This document shows, piece by piece, positions 12,495 to 25,371 of a DNA stretch of 64,000 bases (its first letter is position 1; each line of letters begins with the position of its first letter). Origin of the DNA: Scenedesmus sp. PABB004 (taxonomy: Eukaryota). Below the pieces are notes generated by a model that was not told the origin of the DNA, searched no databases, and saw only the letters and a program-made list of their open reading frames with translations. The DNA is taken from positions 1,116,001 through 1,180,000 of the forward strand of contig CM026547.1 of NCBI GenBank assembly GCA_014905635.1, read 5' to 3'. The translations under genes and the position numbers were made by a program.

Positions 12495-12902
12495 CGCTGC
12501 CGGACCCGTGCGTGCCGCGCGGCGGCGCAAACTCAAACCTCGGAGCTGTGGGCCAGGGCAGGGCTGAGTTTTTGAGATCGGTGCACGTGCTGCACGGCCG
12601 GCGGCGAGCGAGCGAGCGGCTGACGGGGCCCGGGGGGCTTGGAGCGCATCAACTCAACTCTAGTTGCAGTGCCGGCGGGGTAACCGGGGGAGTAACCGCG
12701 GCAGCCGGCACACGCACGCGCACGTGTGCGTCGCGGTCAATCGCCCCGCAGAGGCCACAGGGCCCGCGGCAGGGGTGGATCCCCGGTGCGTGTCGCGCGC
12801 CGCGCCAGCCCAAAACAGTGAACCCGCACCCGTCCGTCCGTTGCTGGCGCCCACACCCGCATCCTGCTGCGCCGCCTGCGCCGCGCGCCGCGCGCTCCCG
12901 CC

Positions 12903-13343
12903 TCACGCCGACGACTCTGCCGTCGCGGCGCCGCCGCCCAGCAGCAGCGGCACCTCCTTGCTGTCGTCCAGCTTGGACGCGGCCGCCAGGTCGAGGTGGT
13001 TCACGCTGCGGCACGGCGGGCGGGCGCGGCTCAGGTCCCGCCGGCCAGGTCCCGCGGCTTGCCCGGTTTGCCCGGCTGGGCCCAGCCCCGCCGGCGCGGC
13101 CGGCGCCGCCGTGACTCACCGCACCGCGCCGAGCAGCGCCTCGGGCAGCTCCCAGGCGTTATGGCCCTCGAGCACGACGCCCAGGTCCAGCACGAGGCCC
13201 TTGGCGCCGCCGCGGACCATGCCGGTCACGTACTGCGCCGTCGTGCTGCTGCCCACGTCGACAGAGACCTCGACGTACTTGCCCGTCACAAAGAAGCTGC
13301 AGCGCGCAGGAGGAGGGGTGTGGGGCGCGGCGAGGGACGTGTG

Positions 13344-13419
<76 letters not shown>

Positions 13420-16400
13420 CCGGCGGGGAGGGACGTCTGGCGCGGGCGCGGGCGCGCGCGCCTGGTCGCGAGCTTTCGGCCGAGGATGACGGGCGTCGTG
13501 CCGACGCTCTGCTTGATCACCCAGCTCCCCTGCGCGACGCGGGGGATCATCTTGAACAGGCTGCGCCGCTCCTCGTCGTCGCCGTGCAGGAACCTGCGGG
13601 CGCCGGCGGACGCGCGGGGCGGGCCGCGGCGCGGGGCGGCGGCGCGCGGCGCGCGGGGCGGCGCGGTGGTTGCTGCGCCGAGCAAGGGGCGCTGCGGGCG
13701 CGGCGGCGGGGCGCTGTGGGCGCTGCGGCGGGCGCTGCCCCTCCCACCCACCCACCCACTCACCCACCCACCGATAGATGAGGAAGTCGAAGGGCTGCCA
13801 GTCCGAGTCCTCGGGGTCGTCCGGCGGCGGCCCGAGCGCGTCGGGGTGCGCGTCGGCGCCAAACACAAACACGCAGCACACCGTGGGCGGCCCGGGGACC
13901 ATGAGGTTGAACACAAAGAGAAAGGGCTTGGCGCTCCGCCTGCGCGGGGGGGGGGGTGCGACGGCCGGCGGGAGGCGGGCGGGCGGGGGCGGGCGGGAGC
14001 TCAGGGGAGAGGCGGGCGGGCGGGCGGGAGGTGGGTGCGCGGCGGCGGGGCGTGGGGCGTGCGTGGTGCCGGCGGTGCGGCGCGCCTGATTGAGGGGAGG
14101 TAGCGGCTGATGTGGGGCGCCGCGCCCGGGCCGCCGACGTCGACGACCTCCATGCCGAGCAGCTCAAACACGGGCGCCCCCGCCGCCACCTTGACGCCGT
14201 CAGACAGGTAGCTCGGCCCCCGCACCTGCGCGCGCGGGCGGCGCCGGCAGCGTTGGCGGGGGCGGGCAGGTGGGCGGGGCGGCGGGCGCGGTGGGCGCAG
14301 GGGCGTCGGCGCGGGGCGGCGGCGAGCGCGGGGCACCAAATGTGGTGCTTTGCGCCGTGCCTTGAAGGGGCAGTCGGCGCCGGGGGTGTGAATCTCCTCG
14401 TAGAACTTTCTGCGAGGCACAGGGGGCGGGGGCAGAGGGCGGGCGCGCGTGAGCCGAGCACCCCACACCGCCACGAGCGAGCCCAGCCGCGGGCCGCCCC
14501 CGCCGCGCGGCGCGACGGACGGCGCCCCGTGCGCGCGCCTGGGGAGCTGGAAGGCCGCCCCCGCCTCCTCCGCCTCCTCCTCCCCCTCGGCGAGCGACGG
14601 CGGCGCCTCGGCCGACGGGCCGCGCGGGAGGCCCGTGCTGCCGGTCGGCAGGCGCGTGCTGGCGAGGCGGCTCGGCTTGCGCAGCCCGCCCGGGCGCGGC
14701 GCGCCGCCGAACGACGCGGGCGATGCCGCGGCGACGCCGGCAAAGGGGCTGAGCGCAGACGCGGCGCCGCCGCCGGGGGGCGCGCCGCCGTCGAGCGCGG
14801 TCGCGGCGTGGCGCATGACAAACGTGCTCGTGCGCACGCAGCCCGGCGCGGGGCCGGGCTCGGGGCCGGGCGCCGGCGCATCTTGGAAGCTGAACGCCTG
14901 GGGCTTGACCGCAAACCTGCGGCGCGCGCGCGAGAGAGAGAGAGGGAGGGCTCAGCGCGACGCGAGAGGTCAACGCGCCGGCCCGCGACGGCCGCGGCAA
15001 CCACGCACGCCCCCTCCTCCCTCCACGATCGCGCGCCCTCTCCTCCCTCCCCCCTTGACCCACGCCTGCGCCCCCGCGCGCCGCGCGCGTGCCCCGGCGC
15101 GCCGCGCGCCGCCCGCGCGCCCCGGCGCGCCGCGCGCCTGTTCTGCTCGACCACGTCCCGCGCGACCGTGACGCCCAGCAGCATGCGCTCCAGGAAGGCC
15201 TCGGACGCGCCGCCGCTCCACCACTCGACCAGGCGGTGCAGCGGGTGCCCGGGGTTGAGGAACCCGCCCAGGTCCTGCACCTGCGCGCCCACCCCCGGGC
15301 AGGACACGCGCGGCGCGGCGCGGCGCGGCGCGGCGAGGGGCCGCTCGGCGCGGGCGCGGGCGGGGGCGCCGCTCGTCCCTGCGGCGCGGCGGGGCGCGCG
15401 GGCCCGCGCGGGTCCGCCCCGCGCGGCGCGGCGCGGCGCGCCTGGAGGATGCAGGTGAGCAGCGTCTCTGGGCTGGTCGCGCCGCTGTGGCCCGCGAGCT
15501 TGCTGATGGTGTAGCCGCCAGACACGCGGCACCGCACCGGCGCGGCGCGCCGCCCGCCGCCGCCGAGGCCCTCCGGCTCCTCAATCACGCCTGCGGCATT
15601 GCGGGCGCGCGGGCGGGCGGGCGGCCGCGCCGCGTCGCCCGCCGCGCCGCGTTTCACCGCGCCGCGCGCCAGGGACCGCCCCCTTGTTTTCCCGCCTGCG
15701 CGCCCACCCACCCTCGTGGCGCGGCGGCGGCGGCGCGTTGTCGCGCAGGGGGTCGCTGACCGATGAGAAGAGCACAACGTACACGCCGTCGTCCTCCTTC
15801 TTCAGCACGCGCTGCACCACCGCCTCGCGCGGCCGAAACCACGCCGCGATCGGGCCGAGCGCCTGCAGCTGGATGCGCAACACCTGGCCGGCGGCGCGGC
15901 GGCGGCGAGGGCGTGAGCGCGGCCCCGGCCGCGAGCGGCGGGCGCCCTCGCGCCGCGCCCGCACCTGCCGCCCCGGCGAGCTCTCCAGCACCTCCACCTC
16001 GAGCGCGGGGCCGAGGATGCTCGTCGCGCTGCCGGGGTCGAGCAGCGCGCGCAGCACGTCGCCGGGCGTGCCGCGCACGATCGCCGTCACCTGCGGCGCC
16101 GCGCGGGCGCCGGGGCGCGGGCCGGCCTCCTCAGCCCCGCCCGCCCGCCCGCGCGCTCCAGCGGCCACGGCGAGCCTCCCGGGCCGCGACGCGCGCCGTG
16201 CCGCGCGGGGCAGACACCCCCCCCCCCGGGGCCGCACCATGTACTCGTTGTCGGCGCTGCCGGTGCCCATGTGCTGATACACGCTGAGGCCGTTGCTGTG
16301 CCGGTACGGCACCCAGCGCTGCCCGCAGCCGCCGGGCGCGGCGGCGCCGCCGGGCGCGCGCGGCGGCGGGAAGTCGAGCAGCGCCGCGAGGTCGGCGTCG

Positions 16401-17360
16401 GCGTCGTCGCTGATGAAGCTGCTCGCGCTCGCGAGCGCGTGGCTGCCAAACGGCGGGCCTGGCCGGCGGCGCGGGGCGGCGCAGGCGTGGGGGGTAGGGC
16501 GCGCGGCGCTTGCTGCGCGGGCGGCGCGCCCGTGCGGCGCGTGCGCGCGCGCGCCTTGCAGCATGCTGCGCGTGCTGGGCTCGGCGGCGAGGAGGCGGCC
16601 CTGCGCCGAGCCGTCGCCGGCGCGGGGCGTGCCCTCGCCCGCGGCGTCGTCCGCGGCCGGCGCCGCGGCGCCCGCCTCGGCCGCCTCGGCGCGCAGCGCC
16701 GCGACCGCGCGCGCGAGCGCAGCGTGCCAGCGCTGCGCCTGCTCCAGCGTGGCGAAGCAGAAGCGGAAGCTCCAGGCGTGGGCCATCTCCAGCTTGAACG
16801 TGTACTGTCCATATGGCGCGGCGCAGCGCAGCGCGGCGGGGTGGGACCGCCGCGTTGGGAGGCGGCCGTGCCGCGCTGCGCCGCGCCGCGCCGCGCCGTG
16901 CCGCGCCCGCCTCGCTGCCGCGTGCCCGCCGGCCGCTGCGCGCGCACGCACACACGCACGCACACACCAGGTCGACGACCTCGCCCTTGCCCCGGATCGC
17001 CGCGAGCGCGGTGAGCGACCCCACGCCGGGCGGGCGCACGTGGCGGCGCTTGCGCGGCAGCTCGCCCGCGCCGGGCGGGCACAGCGCCGCGCCCGGCTCG
17101 AGGGGGTACACCCGGAACTCCTCCGGCCGCCCGCCGGGGTCGCCGTACGTGACGAAGCAGTCGGGGAAGAGCTTCACGTGCCGCCGCACCTGCGCCGCGC
17201 CATGCGGCGCGGCGCGCGTCGGCGTTTGCGGCAGGGGCGCGCTGGGCGCCGCCGCGCGCTGGGCCCGCGCGGCAGGGCGCCGCACCACGTAGTCGGCGAC
17301 CACGGTGTGTTTGTAGAGGTCCTCCTCCAGCAGCGGCGCGCTGCCGCCGTCGCTGGCCAT
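12903..17360 (-). CDS. EDR2: EDR2-like lipid-transfer protein (PH + START + DUF1336/EDR2_C), multi-exon
   Basis: PH-like FRFCFATLEQAQRWHAAL; START-like WVPYRHSNGLSVY...FRPREAVVQRVLKKEDDGVYVVLFSSV...SGGYTIS; DUF1336 FKVRGPSYLSDGVKV...FKMIPRVAQGSWVIKQSVGTTPVILGRK...YVEVSVDVGSS...ELPEALLGAVRVNHLDL. ATG at 17360, TGA at 12905-12903. Confidence 0.88.
13345..13418. repeat. (GGCGCG)n hexanucleotide microsatellite in an EDR2 intron
   Basis: About 12 perfect copies are visible. Confidence 0.9.
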
Positions 17361-18103
17361 CGCGCCGGCGGCGCCCGCACGCAGCAGCAGCAGCGGCGCC
17401 GGCGGCGCCGGAGGGCCCGCGCCCACGCTGCGCGGCGGATCGCACGCCCACGCGAAGTCGATCGCGCGTGAGCGGTTCCGGGCGCTCGGCGGAGGCGCTC
17501 TGGCGCGCGGTGCGGCGCAGCTTGGGATGCGACGCTGCGTCCCGGCTCTCTCGCGACGCTGCGCCCCGAGTCGGGGCCTCAGCAGGGCGAATGCACCGTC
17601 AAACGCCGCGATGGCGCGCAGGCTGAACAGCCGAAAGAAGGCGGCCAACTGCTGCGCTCGGCGCCGGCGGCGCGGGCGCGGCAGCGGTGCGTGTGCGCAA
17701 ACGCCCCCACTTCGGGTGCCGACGCAGCCACCAGAACGTCACGTTTGCGAGGCAGTCCGCGCGGGCGGCGCTCGGCCACCGCCGACGCTGCGCCGCTGTT
17801 CGGAGCGGTCTCGAACCGCGGGCCGCCCCTCCGCCGCCCCTCCGCCGCAGCCCCGCCGCCGCCGCGGCCTCCCGGCCGTGCATTCGCCGCGCCCGGACAC
17901 GCCGGCCCTCGCCGCGTCCGCGCTGGGCGCCCACGGCGGCCAACCGCTGCTGCTGCAGCAGAAGGCCTTGGGGCGCCGCGCCCGCGCACGCCCGCGCTCC
18001 CCAGATCTGTCGGGAGACGTCAGCCGCCCCCTCCCACCGCTCCGGCCATCGTGAGCGGAGCACGCACGGCTGTGCGGGCGGCCGCAGCTGATCATCGCCG
18101 GCC

Positions 18104-21100
18104 ATGGCCTTCACCCCGGCCTCCAGCCGGTGCGGGGCCTCGCGGCGGGGGCGCGAGCCGGGGCCCAGGGGTGGCCGCGCCCTGACGCCGCGCCCGCGGC
18201 GTGAGCGCGCAGGAAGAAGGAGCAGCTGTCCGCGGTGGCGTGGGAGGAGTACTGGGACGCCCAGAAGCAGCTGAAGGCCGCCCAGAAGGAGGTGCGCCGC
18301 CGCCCCCGCGCGCCCCGGGCCCGACGCCGCGGCCCGGACCTCACGCCGCGCCGCGGCGGCCGCAGGCGGAGGAGCTGCGCGGCATCAACGACGACCTCGC
18401 GCTGCAGCTCGACGAGTATGAGAAGCAGCGCCAGGTGCGCCCCGCCGCGCCGCGCTCGCCCACCGCGCCGGCCGCCGCGCTGCGGCAGCCCGCAGCGGCG
18501 GCGGCGGCAGCGCGCCGCGGCGGCGGCGGCGCGCCAACCGCCTCGCGCAACCGCCGCCGCCGGCGGGTGCTGCTGCCCGCTGCTGCTGCTGCGCGCGCGC
18601 CCCGCGCGCCCCTCGCTCGCGCGCCCCGTCCTCACGCCCCGCGCCGCGCCGCGCGCTTGCAGGCGGCGCTGGAGGCGATGAGCGAATACTATGACCGCAC
18701 CAGCGCGGAGCTCGCGGCGCTGCAGGGCAGCCTGGCCGACGCGACGCGGCGCCTCGCGGCCGTGGAGCGCGAGCACGCCGGCTGCCAGGCCGCGAGGTGC
18801 GCGGAGAGGCGCGGGCGGGCGGCGGCGGCGGCGCGCAGTGCGGCGCCGGGCGCCAGGCTGGCGCGCCAGGCTGGCGCGCCACGCCCGCGCGCGCCTGCCC
18901 TGGCGCCCGGCGCAGGGCCGAGTCGTCCGGCCTGGCGCGCGAGCGCGACGACCTGAGCGCGCGGTCGCGCGAGCTCGCGGCGCAGCTGGCGCAGGCGCGC
19001 GAGGAGCACCGGGTGCGGCCGCACGCTCGCGAAGGGCAGCGCGGCAGCCACCGGCAGCGCAGTGCCCGCTTGCGGCGTGCCGAGCTCCCCTCCCCTCCCC
19101 GCCCGCGCGCTGCGCCCCAGGCCGAGCGGCAGCGCCTGCAGCAGGAGCTGGAGGGCCTGCAGGCGGCGAGCAGCGCCGGCGACGCCGAGCGGCGGCAGCG
19201 GGAGCAGCAGCTGCAAGGTGCGCCGAGCCGCCGGCCGCAGAGCTCCGCGGCTGACGCCGCCCGCCGTCGCTGCCGCCGGCTCGTGCGAGGCGCCCCGCCC
19301 CGCCCGCCCCCGCGCAGCGCGCGCGGAGCAGCTGGAGGCGGCGCAGCGGGACGCGGCCGCGCGGGAGGAGCGCGCCGCCGCGCAGCTGGCGGAGGCCGCG
19401 GCCGCGGCGCAGGAGGCGCGGCAGCGCGAGGCCGAGGCGGCCAAGGCGGCCAAGGCGTCCAGCAAGGAGCTGGCCGCGCAGCAGAAGAAGCTGCAGGAGC
19501 TGCAGGCCAAGCTCGACGCGGAGCAGCAGGACCTAGCGGTGCGCGTGCCCCGCCGCCGGGCGGCCGCGCGGCGCCGCCCGCCGCGCCGAGCGGCGCGCGC
19601 AACTACAACGGCGCCCACGCCTGCGCCCGCGCCCGCGTCCGCCGCGCCCTTCACAGAAGCAAAAGGCGGAGCTGGACGCGCGCGCGCGCGACCTCAGCGG
19701 CACCAAGGCCTCGACCGAGGCCGACCGCAAGTACCAGGAGCGCGAGGCGGCGCGCCTGGTGGGTGCCCAGCGCGCTGCGCTGCGCTGCGCTGCGCTGCGC
19801 GCGCGCGCGGGCGGCGGCGCCGCGCCCCACGCGCTGGCGCAGCGCCCCGTGCGCCGCTGAGCCGCCCCCATCGCGCGCGCCGCGCAGGGCAAGCAGGAGG
19901 CGGCGCTGCGAAAGCGGGCCGAGGAGGCTGACGCGCAGCGCGCGCAGTGCGACGCACTGTCCGTGGCGCTCGCAGAGCGCGAGGCCGAGGTGCTGCAGGC
20001 AGAGGCGGACCTGGAGGACCGGCGGACGTGCGTGCGGGGCGTGGGGCGGGCGGGCGGCGGCGCTCGCGCGCCGGCCGCGCCGACAGCAGCGCGACCGGCG
20101 CGCTCATGCGCATGTGCCGCGCCCGCGCCCGCCCGCAGCGTCGCCAACGCCCGCGCGGCGGAGCTGTCGCAGCGCGCGCTGGAGCTGGACGCGGCCGCCG
20201 CGGCGCTGGCGGCGCGCGAGGCGGCGGTCGCCGCGGCGGACGCGGGCATGAGCGCGCGCGAGGACGCGGTCGTGGCGGGCCGCGCCGAGCTGGAGCAGGG
20301 CCAGGCCGCGCTCGTCACGGCGCAGCTGGTCCTGGACCAGCGCGACGCGGTGGCGCAGGCCAAGGAGGCGCAGCTGGAGGCGCAGGTGCGCGCCGCGGGG
20401 TGCGCAGCGGCGCACGAGCGCGCGTGTGCGGCCGCGGCGCTCGCTGCGCCCGGCCGGCGGCGCCGCCCACGCACCCTGCCCGCGCCGCCGCCGTCGCCCC
20501 TTTCCTCCCGCAGCGCGAGGCACTGGGCGAGCGCGACTCGCAGCTGGCGGCGCGCGGCGGCGAGCTGGACGCGCGGGACAAGGCGTTGAGCGCCCGCGCG
20601 GCCGAGCTCAACGCGCGCGCCGCGCAGCTCGCCCGCGCCGAGGCGGCGACGGAGGAACGCGAGGCCGCTGCGGCGGCGCGCGAGGAGGCGTGCGCCGCGC
20701 GCGAGGCCGGCGCGGCCGCGGCGCAGGCGGAGCTGGCGCGGCGCGAGGGCGAGCTGGCGTCGCGGCTGGCGGAGGCGGCGCAGCTGGAGACGCAGCTCGC
20801 GGCGCGCGAGGCCGAGGTGGCGGCGCGTGAGGCCGCGGTGCAGGAGGGCCAAGTCCTTGCGCAGCAGCAGCGCGCGGCGACGGCGGGGCAGCTGTCGCCT
20901 GTCGGCCGCATCGCTGCGCTCGTCGGCCTGGCGCGCCCGCTGTCGCCCGCGGCCGCCGCGCTGGCCTCCCCGCAGCGCTCGGCCGCCGAGGCTGCCGCCG
21001 AGGCGGCCGCGGCGGCCGTCGAGGCTGCCGCGGAGGCGCAGCGCCAGGAGGAGGCTGTGGCGCAGCGGGCAGACGAGGCGGCGGCAGCAGCCGCAGCCGC

Positions 21101-23827
21101 CGCAGCCGCAGCAGCACCAGCTCCCGCCGGGCCCAGCCCCAGCAGCGGTCGGCGCGGCCGCAGGAGCAAGGGCGCCGCGCCCGCGCCTGCTGGCGAGGCG
21201 CAGGCGGCCGCGGGCGCCGAGGGCGAGCAGGAGCAGACGGAGCAGCCCGTGCCGCGGCAGCGGGCCGCCAGGGGCCGCAGGTCGGCGCCCGCGGCCGTGG
21301 GGAAGGCGCTCGCGACGGCGGCCGAGCTCGCGGCGGCGGCGGGCGTGGCGCTGGAGTCGTCTGCAGCTGCTGACATGGAGATTGATGCCGCGCTGGCGAG
21401 CCCAGCCGCGGCGACCGCGGACACTGACGTGCCCGACCTGGCGGCCGCGGCGGCGCTCGCCGCAGTGGCCGCCGCCGCTGCCAGCAGCGGCGGGGAGCTG
21501 GCAGCGGAGCCCGCTGCCAGCGAGCCGGGGCCGAGCGAGGACCGCAGCGCCCGCGGCTCCGCGCGCGGCCGGGCCCGGGGCAGGGCCAGCCGAGCCGCGG
21601 CGGCCGCGGAGGAGCAGGCGGCGGCGCTGCCGGCGGTGGCAGAGGACGAGCCGGCGGCGCCGGTCGAGTTTGAGTTTCGGGCCGCTGCGGCGGCGGCGGC
21701 CACGCCCGCGACCGGCAAGCGCCGCTCCGGCCGCGCCGCGCGCGCCGGCGGCGCGGCGGCGGCGCCGACGCCGCGCACGCGCGCGGTGCGCGCGGCTGCG
21801 GCGGGCGACGTCGCGGCCGCGGTGGCGGCCGCGGCCGAGGTGGGCTTTGGCTCCCCCGTCGACGTGGCCGAGGAGGAGGAGGAGCAGCACGATGCCGGGC
21901 ACGGCGAGGGGGACGGCGACATCCTGGAGGCCGCCGCCACCAACGCGGCGCGCGCCGCAGGCGCACGCGTGCGCGCGATGCAGCTGCTGGGCTCGCCGCC
22001 CCGCGAGTCGCCGGGCCGGGCGGCGGCGGCGCAGGTCACGCCGCCTGCGGCCGGCGGCGGCGCGGGCTCCAGCGCGGCCGCCGCGGCCGCCGGCGCCGCC
22101 GCGGCCGCCGTGGCCGCCGGCGTGGGCGCGGGCGTGGGCGGCGCGTCTGTGTACAGCTACACCACGAAGACCCCCGGCGGCCGCTCCCTCCTGGGCCTGG
22201 GCTGGCTCGGCTTTGGCCGCAGCCGCACGCCCGCCTCGGTGACGCAGCCGGCGCTGGGCACGCCGCCAGCGGAGGAGGACGAGGACGAGGAGGCGGCGGC
22301 GGCGGAGGCGGCGGAGGCAGCGGCGGCGGAGGCGGAGGCGGCGGCGGAGGCCGCTGCCGCTGAGCAGGCGGCAGCCGCTGAGCAGGCGGCAGCCGACGAG
22401 CGGGCGGCGGCGGCGGCCGAGCGGGCGGCGGCGGACGAGCAGCCGGCCCCCTCCGCAGCCAGGGCGAGCCGGGCCGGACGGGGGCGCAAGGCGAGCGCCG
22501 CGGCTGCTGCCTCGGACGACGAGGCCGCCGGCGCGGGCGCCGCGCCGGCGCCGCGCAGGGGCGGCCGCGCGTCGGCGGGGCGCGCGGGCAGCGCGCGCGC
22601 CAGCCGGCGCAGCAGGGCCGCGGCTGAGGGCGCTGGCGGCGACGAGCCCGCGGCAGCGGCGGGCGTCGTGGAGGAGGTGCTGGTGGTGGGCACCACGCTG
22701 GTTGCCATCCCTGAGGACGCCGCGGTGCAGGAGGGCGAGGCCGCAGCGGCGGCGGCGGCGGCAGCAGCGGCGGCGGCGCCACGCGCTGTGGCGCCCCGCG
22801 CCGGCAGGCGCTCCGGGCGCAGCCGCGCCACGAGCTCGGGCGCCGGCGGCGGCGTGGCGGGCGAGGCCGCGGGGGAGGGCGACGAGGTGGCGCAGCCGGC
22901 GCCGGCCCCCGCCACACGCGCGGGCAGGGCGCGGCGGAGCGCGGCCGCGCCCGCGGCGGACGTCGCCGCCGCGCCGCCGGCTGGCGAGACGGCGCCGCGG
23001 CGCGGGCGCCGGGGCGGCGCGGCCTCTGCCGCGGCGGCGGCGCAGGCGTCGCTCGAGGCGGCAGACGCGGCGGACGCGATGGAGGACGACCAGTGCCCCC
23101 CGGCGGACGGCAGCGCGCGCGGCAAGCGCAAGCGCGCCGCGGCGGACGACGGCGAGGCCGAGCGCGGCGCGGGCGCCAAGCCCGCGCCGCGCCGCAGCTG
23201 GCTGGGGGCCTGATCGACCGGCTGGTGGGCAGCGGCGGCGGCGCGGGAGAGGAGGGCGAGGACGAGGGCCAGCAGGACGACCAGGACGCGGCAGCGAACG
23301 ACGTGCAGCCCGCCGGCGGGGACGGCGAGCGCGCGGCGGGCGGCGGCGGCCAGGAGCGCGGCGGCGGCCGCGGCCGCAGCGCCAGCGGCGGGCGCGCCCG
23401 CCCCGCGAGCGGGGGCCGGCCGCGCTCCACCGCGCGCGGCGGTGCAGCGGCGGCGGCGGCGGCTGAGGAGGAGGGCAAGCCTGTCGCCGAGGCGGCGGCC
23501 GCGGCCGGCAGCTCGCAGCCCGCCGGCAGGCGTGCCGGTGGCCGCACGCGCCGGGGCGCCGGCGTGGCGCCCAGCAGCGAGGCGCCCAGCGGCGCGGGGC
23601 CCAGCGGCGCGGCCGGCGCGGCGGGCGGCGGCCGCAGCACGCGCGCGCGCGGCGGCCGCCGCTCGGCAGCGGTCGACGACGGCCTGACCATCGCCGAGCG
23701 TGTGGCGCGGGAGCACGACAGCGTCGCGGCGCGCGTGCTCGAGGAGCACGTGCGCGAGGGCGACCACGTGTGGGACGACGGCGTCGGCCACGCGCCGCGC
23801 GTGAGCAAGCGGCAGCGCCGCGGTTGA
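18104..23827 (+). CDS. Large coiled-coil protein with a long disordered Ala/Arg/Glu-rich tail (about 11 exons; 1-nt frameshift near 23206)
   Basis: Exons translate as MAFTPASSR|KKEQLSAVAWEEYWDAQKQLKAAQKE|AEELRGINDDLALQLDEYEKQRQ|... in continuous heptads to about 20860, followed by a low-complexity tail. As assembled the frame stops at 23213; one extra G in the G5 run at 23204-23208 extends it to 23827 (...SKRQRRG*). Confidence 0.75.
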
Positions 23828-24035
23828 GCGTGTACAGGCGGCGGGCAACACAGGGCGGCGGCGCGGTCCAGCTCAACCCCGCCCGAGCTGGGCAAGGGCG
23901 CTGCCGCTCGCTGCTTAGCTCAGTGCTGCAGTGCAGCCCCGCCGCTGCGCCACGCGACCGCTCGAGGCGCAGCTCGCTCCCTCGGCGTGGCCGCGTGCTG
24001 CTGCCGCCGCCGCTGCTGCCGCCGCCGCCGCCGCG

Positions 24036-24439
24036 ATGCTGCGCGGCGCCCTCGGCGCGCTGCCGCAGGCGCCGCGGCCAGCCAGTCGCCCCAGCGCTCC
24101 ACCTGCGGCGCGGCGGGCTCGCAGCTGCTCCGTGCGCGCGTGCAGCGGGGCATCGGGCGTGCAGCCGACCCCGCAGCAGCCCGCGGGCCCGCAGCCGTGC
24201 CCGCAGCAGCCGGATCCGGCGGTCGGCGATGAGGTGCAGCGCCTGCCGGCGATCGCGTCGTCGGGCAAGGGTCAGGGGCTGCCCAACCAGGCCGACGAGC
24301 TCTGGGACCCCAGCGACCGGAGCGAGGAGAAGCTGCTGGTGCTGGACAAGCCCGCCACGCGCTCCGTGGCGGATCTAGACTACCTCAGCGTGAGCTGCGG
24401 CGCGCCCGCCCGGCGCCGGGGGCGCCGCCGCGCGGCCGA

Positions 24440-24488
<49 letters not shown>

Positions 24489-24885
24489 GCGCAGGAGCTG
24501 CTGGCGATTCAGCAGAACGACGGGCCCAAGAACCTGGGCTTCTTCGGCACCCGCAACATGGGCATGACGCACCAGAAGCTCGTGGAAATCCTGAGCTACG
24601 CGATCGTGTCGACGGTGCGCGTGCGGCGACCGACCCGTGTCAGCTCCGCGCGGCGCCGCCGGCGGCCGGCCGGCCGCGCCGGCGGTGCGTCATGCCCGCC
24701 GCCGCCGCCGCGGCGGCGCAGGGCAACCACATATACACCTCGGGCGCGACGGGCACCAACGCGGCGGTCATCAAGGGCGCGCTGCGCGCCGAGGCGCCCG
24801 ACCTGCTCACGGTGATACTGCCGCAGAGCTTGTCGCGGCAGCCGGCAGAGTCGCAGGAGCTGCTGGCGCAGGTGGGCGCGCCGGC

Positions 24886-24960
<75 letters not shown>

Positions 24961-25371
24961 GGGTGCGGCGGCGCCGGCGCACCGCGGCCGACGCGCGGCG
25001 GGCGCGCCGCCGCCGCCGGCACGCAGGTGCAGAATGTGGTTGAGATGCCGCAGCAGGACGGCATGTCGCTCATGGACGCCAGCAGGTGGGCGGCGGCGCC
25101 AGCGGGCAGCCGGCGGGCACGCGCGGCAGGGCGGCAGCGGCGGCGGCGCCGGCGGCGGCGGCGCCGCCCACGCGCGCCCTTGCGCGACCGGCGGCGGCGG
25201 CGCCGCCCACGCGCGCCCTCTCGCGGCCGGCGCAGGTTTTGCAACCGGGAGATCATCGGCAAGGTGCAGCAGGTCATCTGCTTCGCCTTCCACGACAGCC
25301 GGCTGCTGCTGGAGACGTGCGCGGAGGCAAAGGACTCGAAAAAGATCGTGACGCTCTTCTACCTCGACTGA
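24036..25371 (+). CDS. Plastid-targeted SLOG-superfamily (DprA/Smf-like) protein of the type conserved in cyanobacteria and plants; 5 exons
   Basis: Transit-peptide-like N-terminus, then DYLSELLAIQQNDGPKNLGFFGTRNMGMTHQKLVEILSYA...NHIYTSGATGTNAAVIKGALRAE...LLTVILPQSL...CNREII...QVICFAFHDSRLLLETC...KIVTLFYLD*. Confidence 0.8.
24441..24487. repeat. (CCG)n microsatellite, intronic
   Basis: About 15 copies seen directly. Confidence 0.9.
24886..24955. repeat. (GGC)n microsatellite, intronic
   Basis: About 23 copies seen directly. Confidence 0.9.

Noticed and set aside
23200..23215. Programmed ribosomal frameshift or stop read-through in the coiled-coil gene
   Set aside because: There is no slippery heptamer, and the same one-base-short homopolymer pattern recurs across unrelated genes, which favours assembly error.
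19533..23876. 1447-aa minus-strand ORF and the many other long Arg/Ala/Pro/Gly-rich ORFs (for example 46-2643 + and 40158-42896 +)
   Set aside because: Stop codons are rare at this GC content. These are antisense or off-frame shadows of spliced genes, or intron read-throughs, with no domain motifs of their own.
25085..25235. Introner-like repeated intron family or CRISPR-like repeats
   Set aside because: Introns share only low-complexity GCGC/CCG composition. This intron has an internal tandem duplication, but I could not see near-identical copies between introns or any repeat-spacer array.
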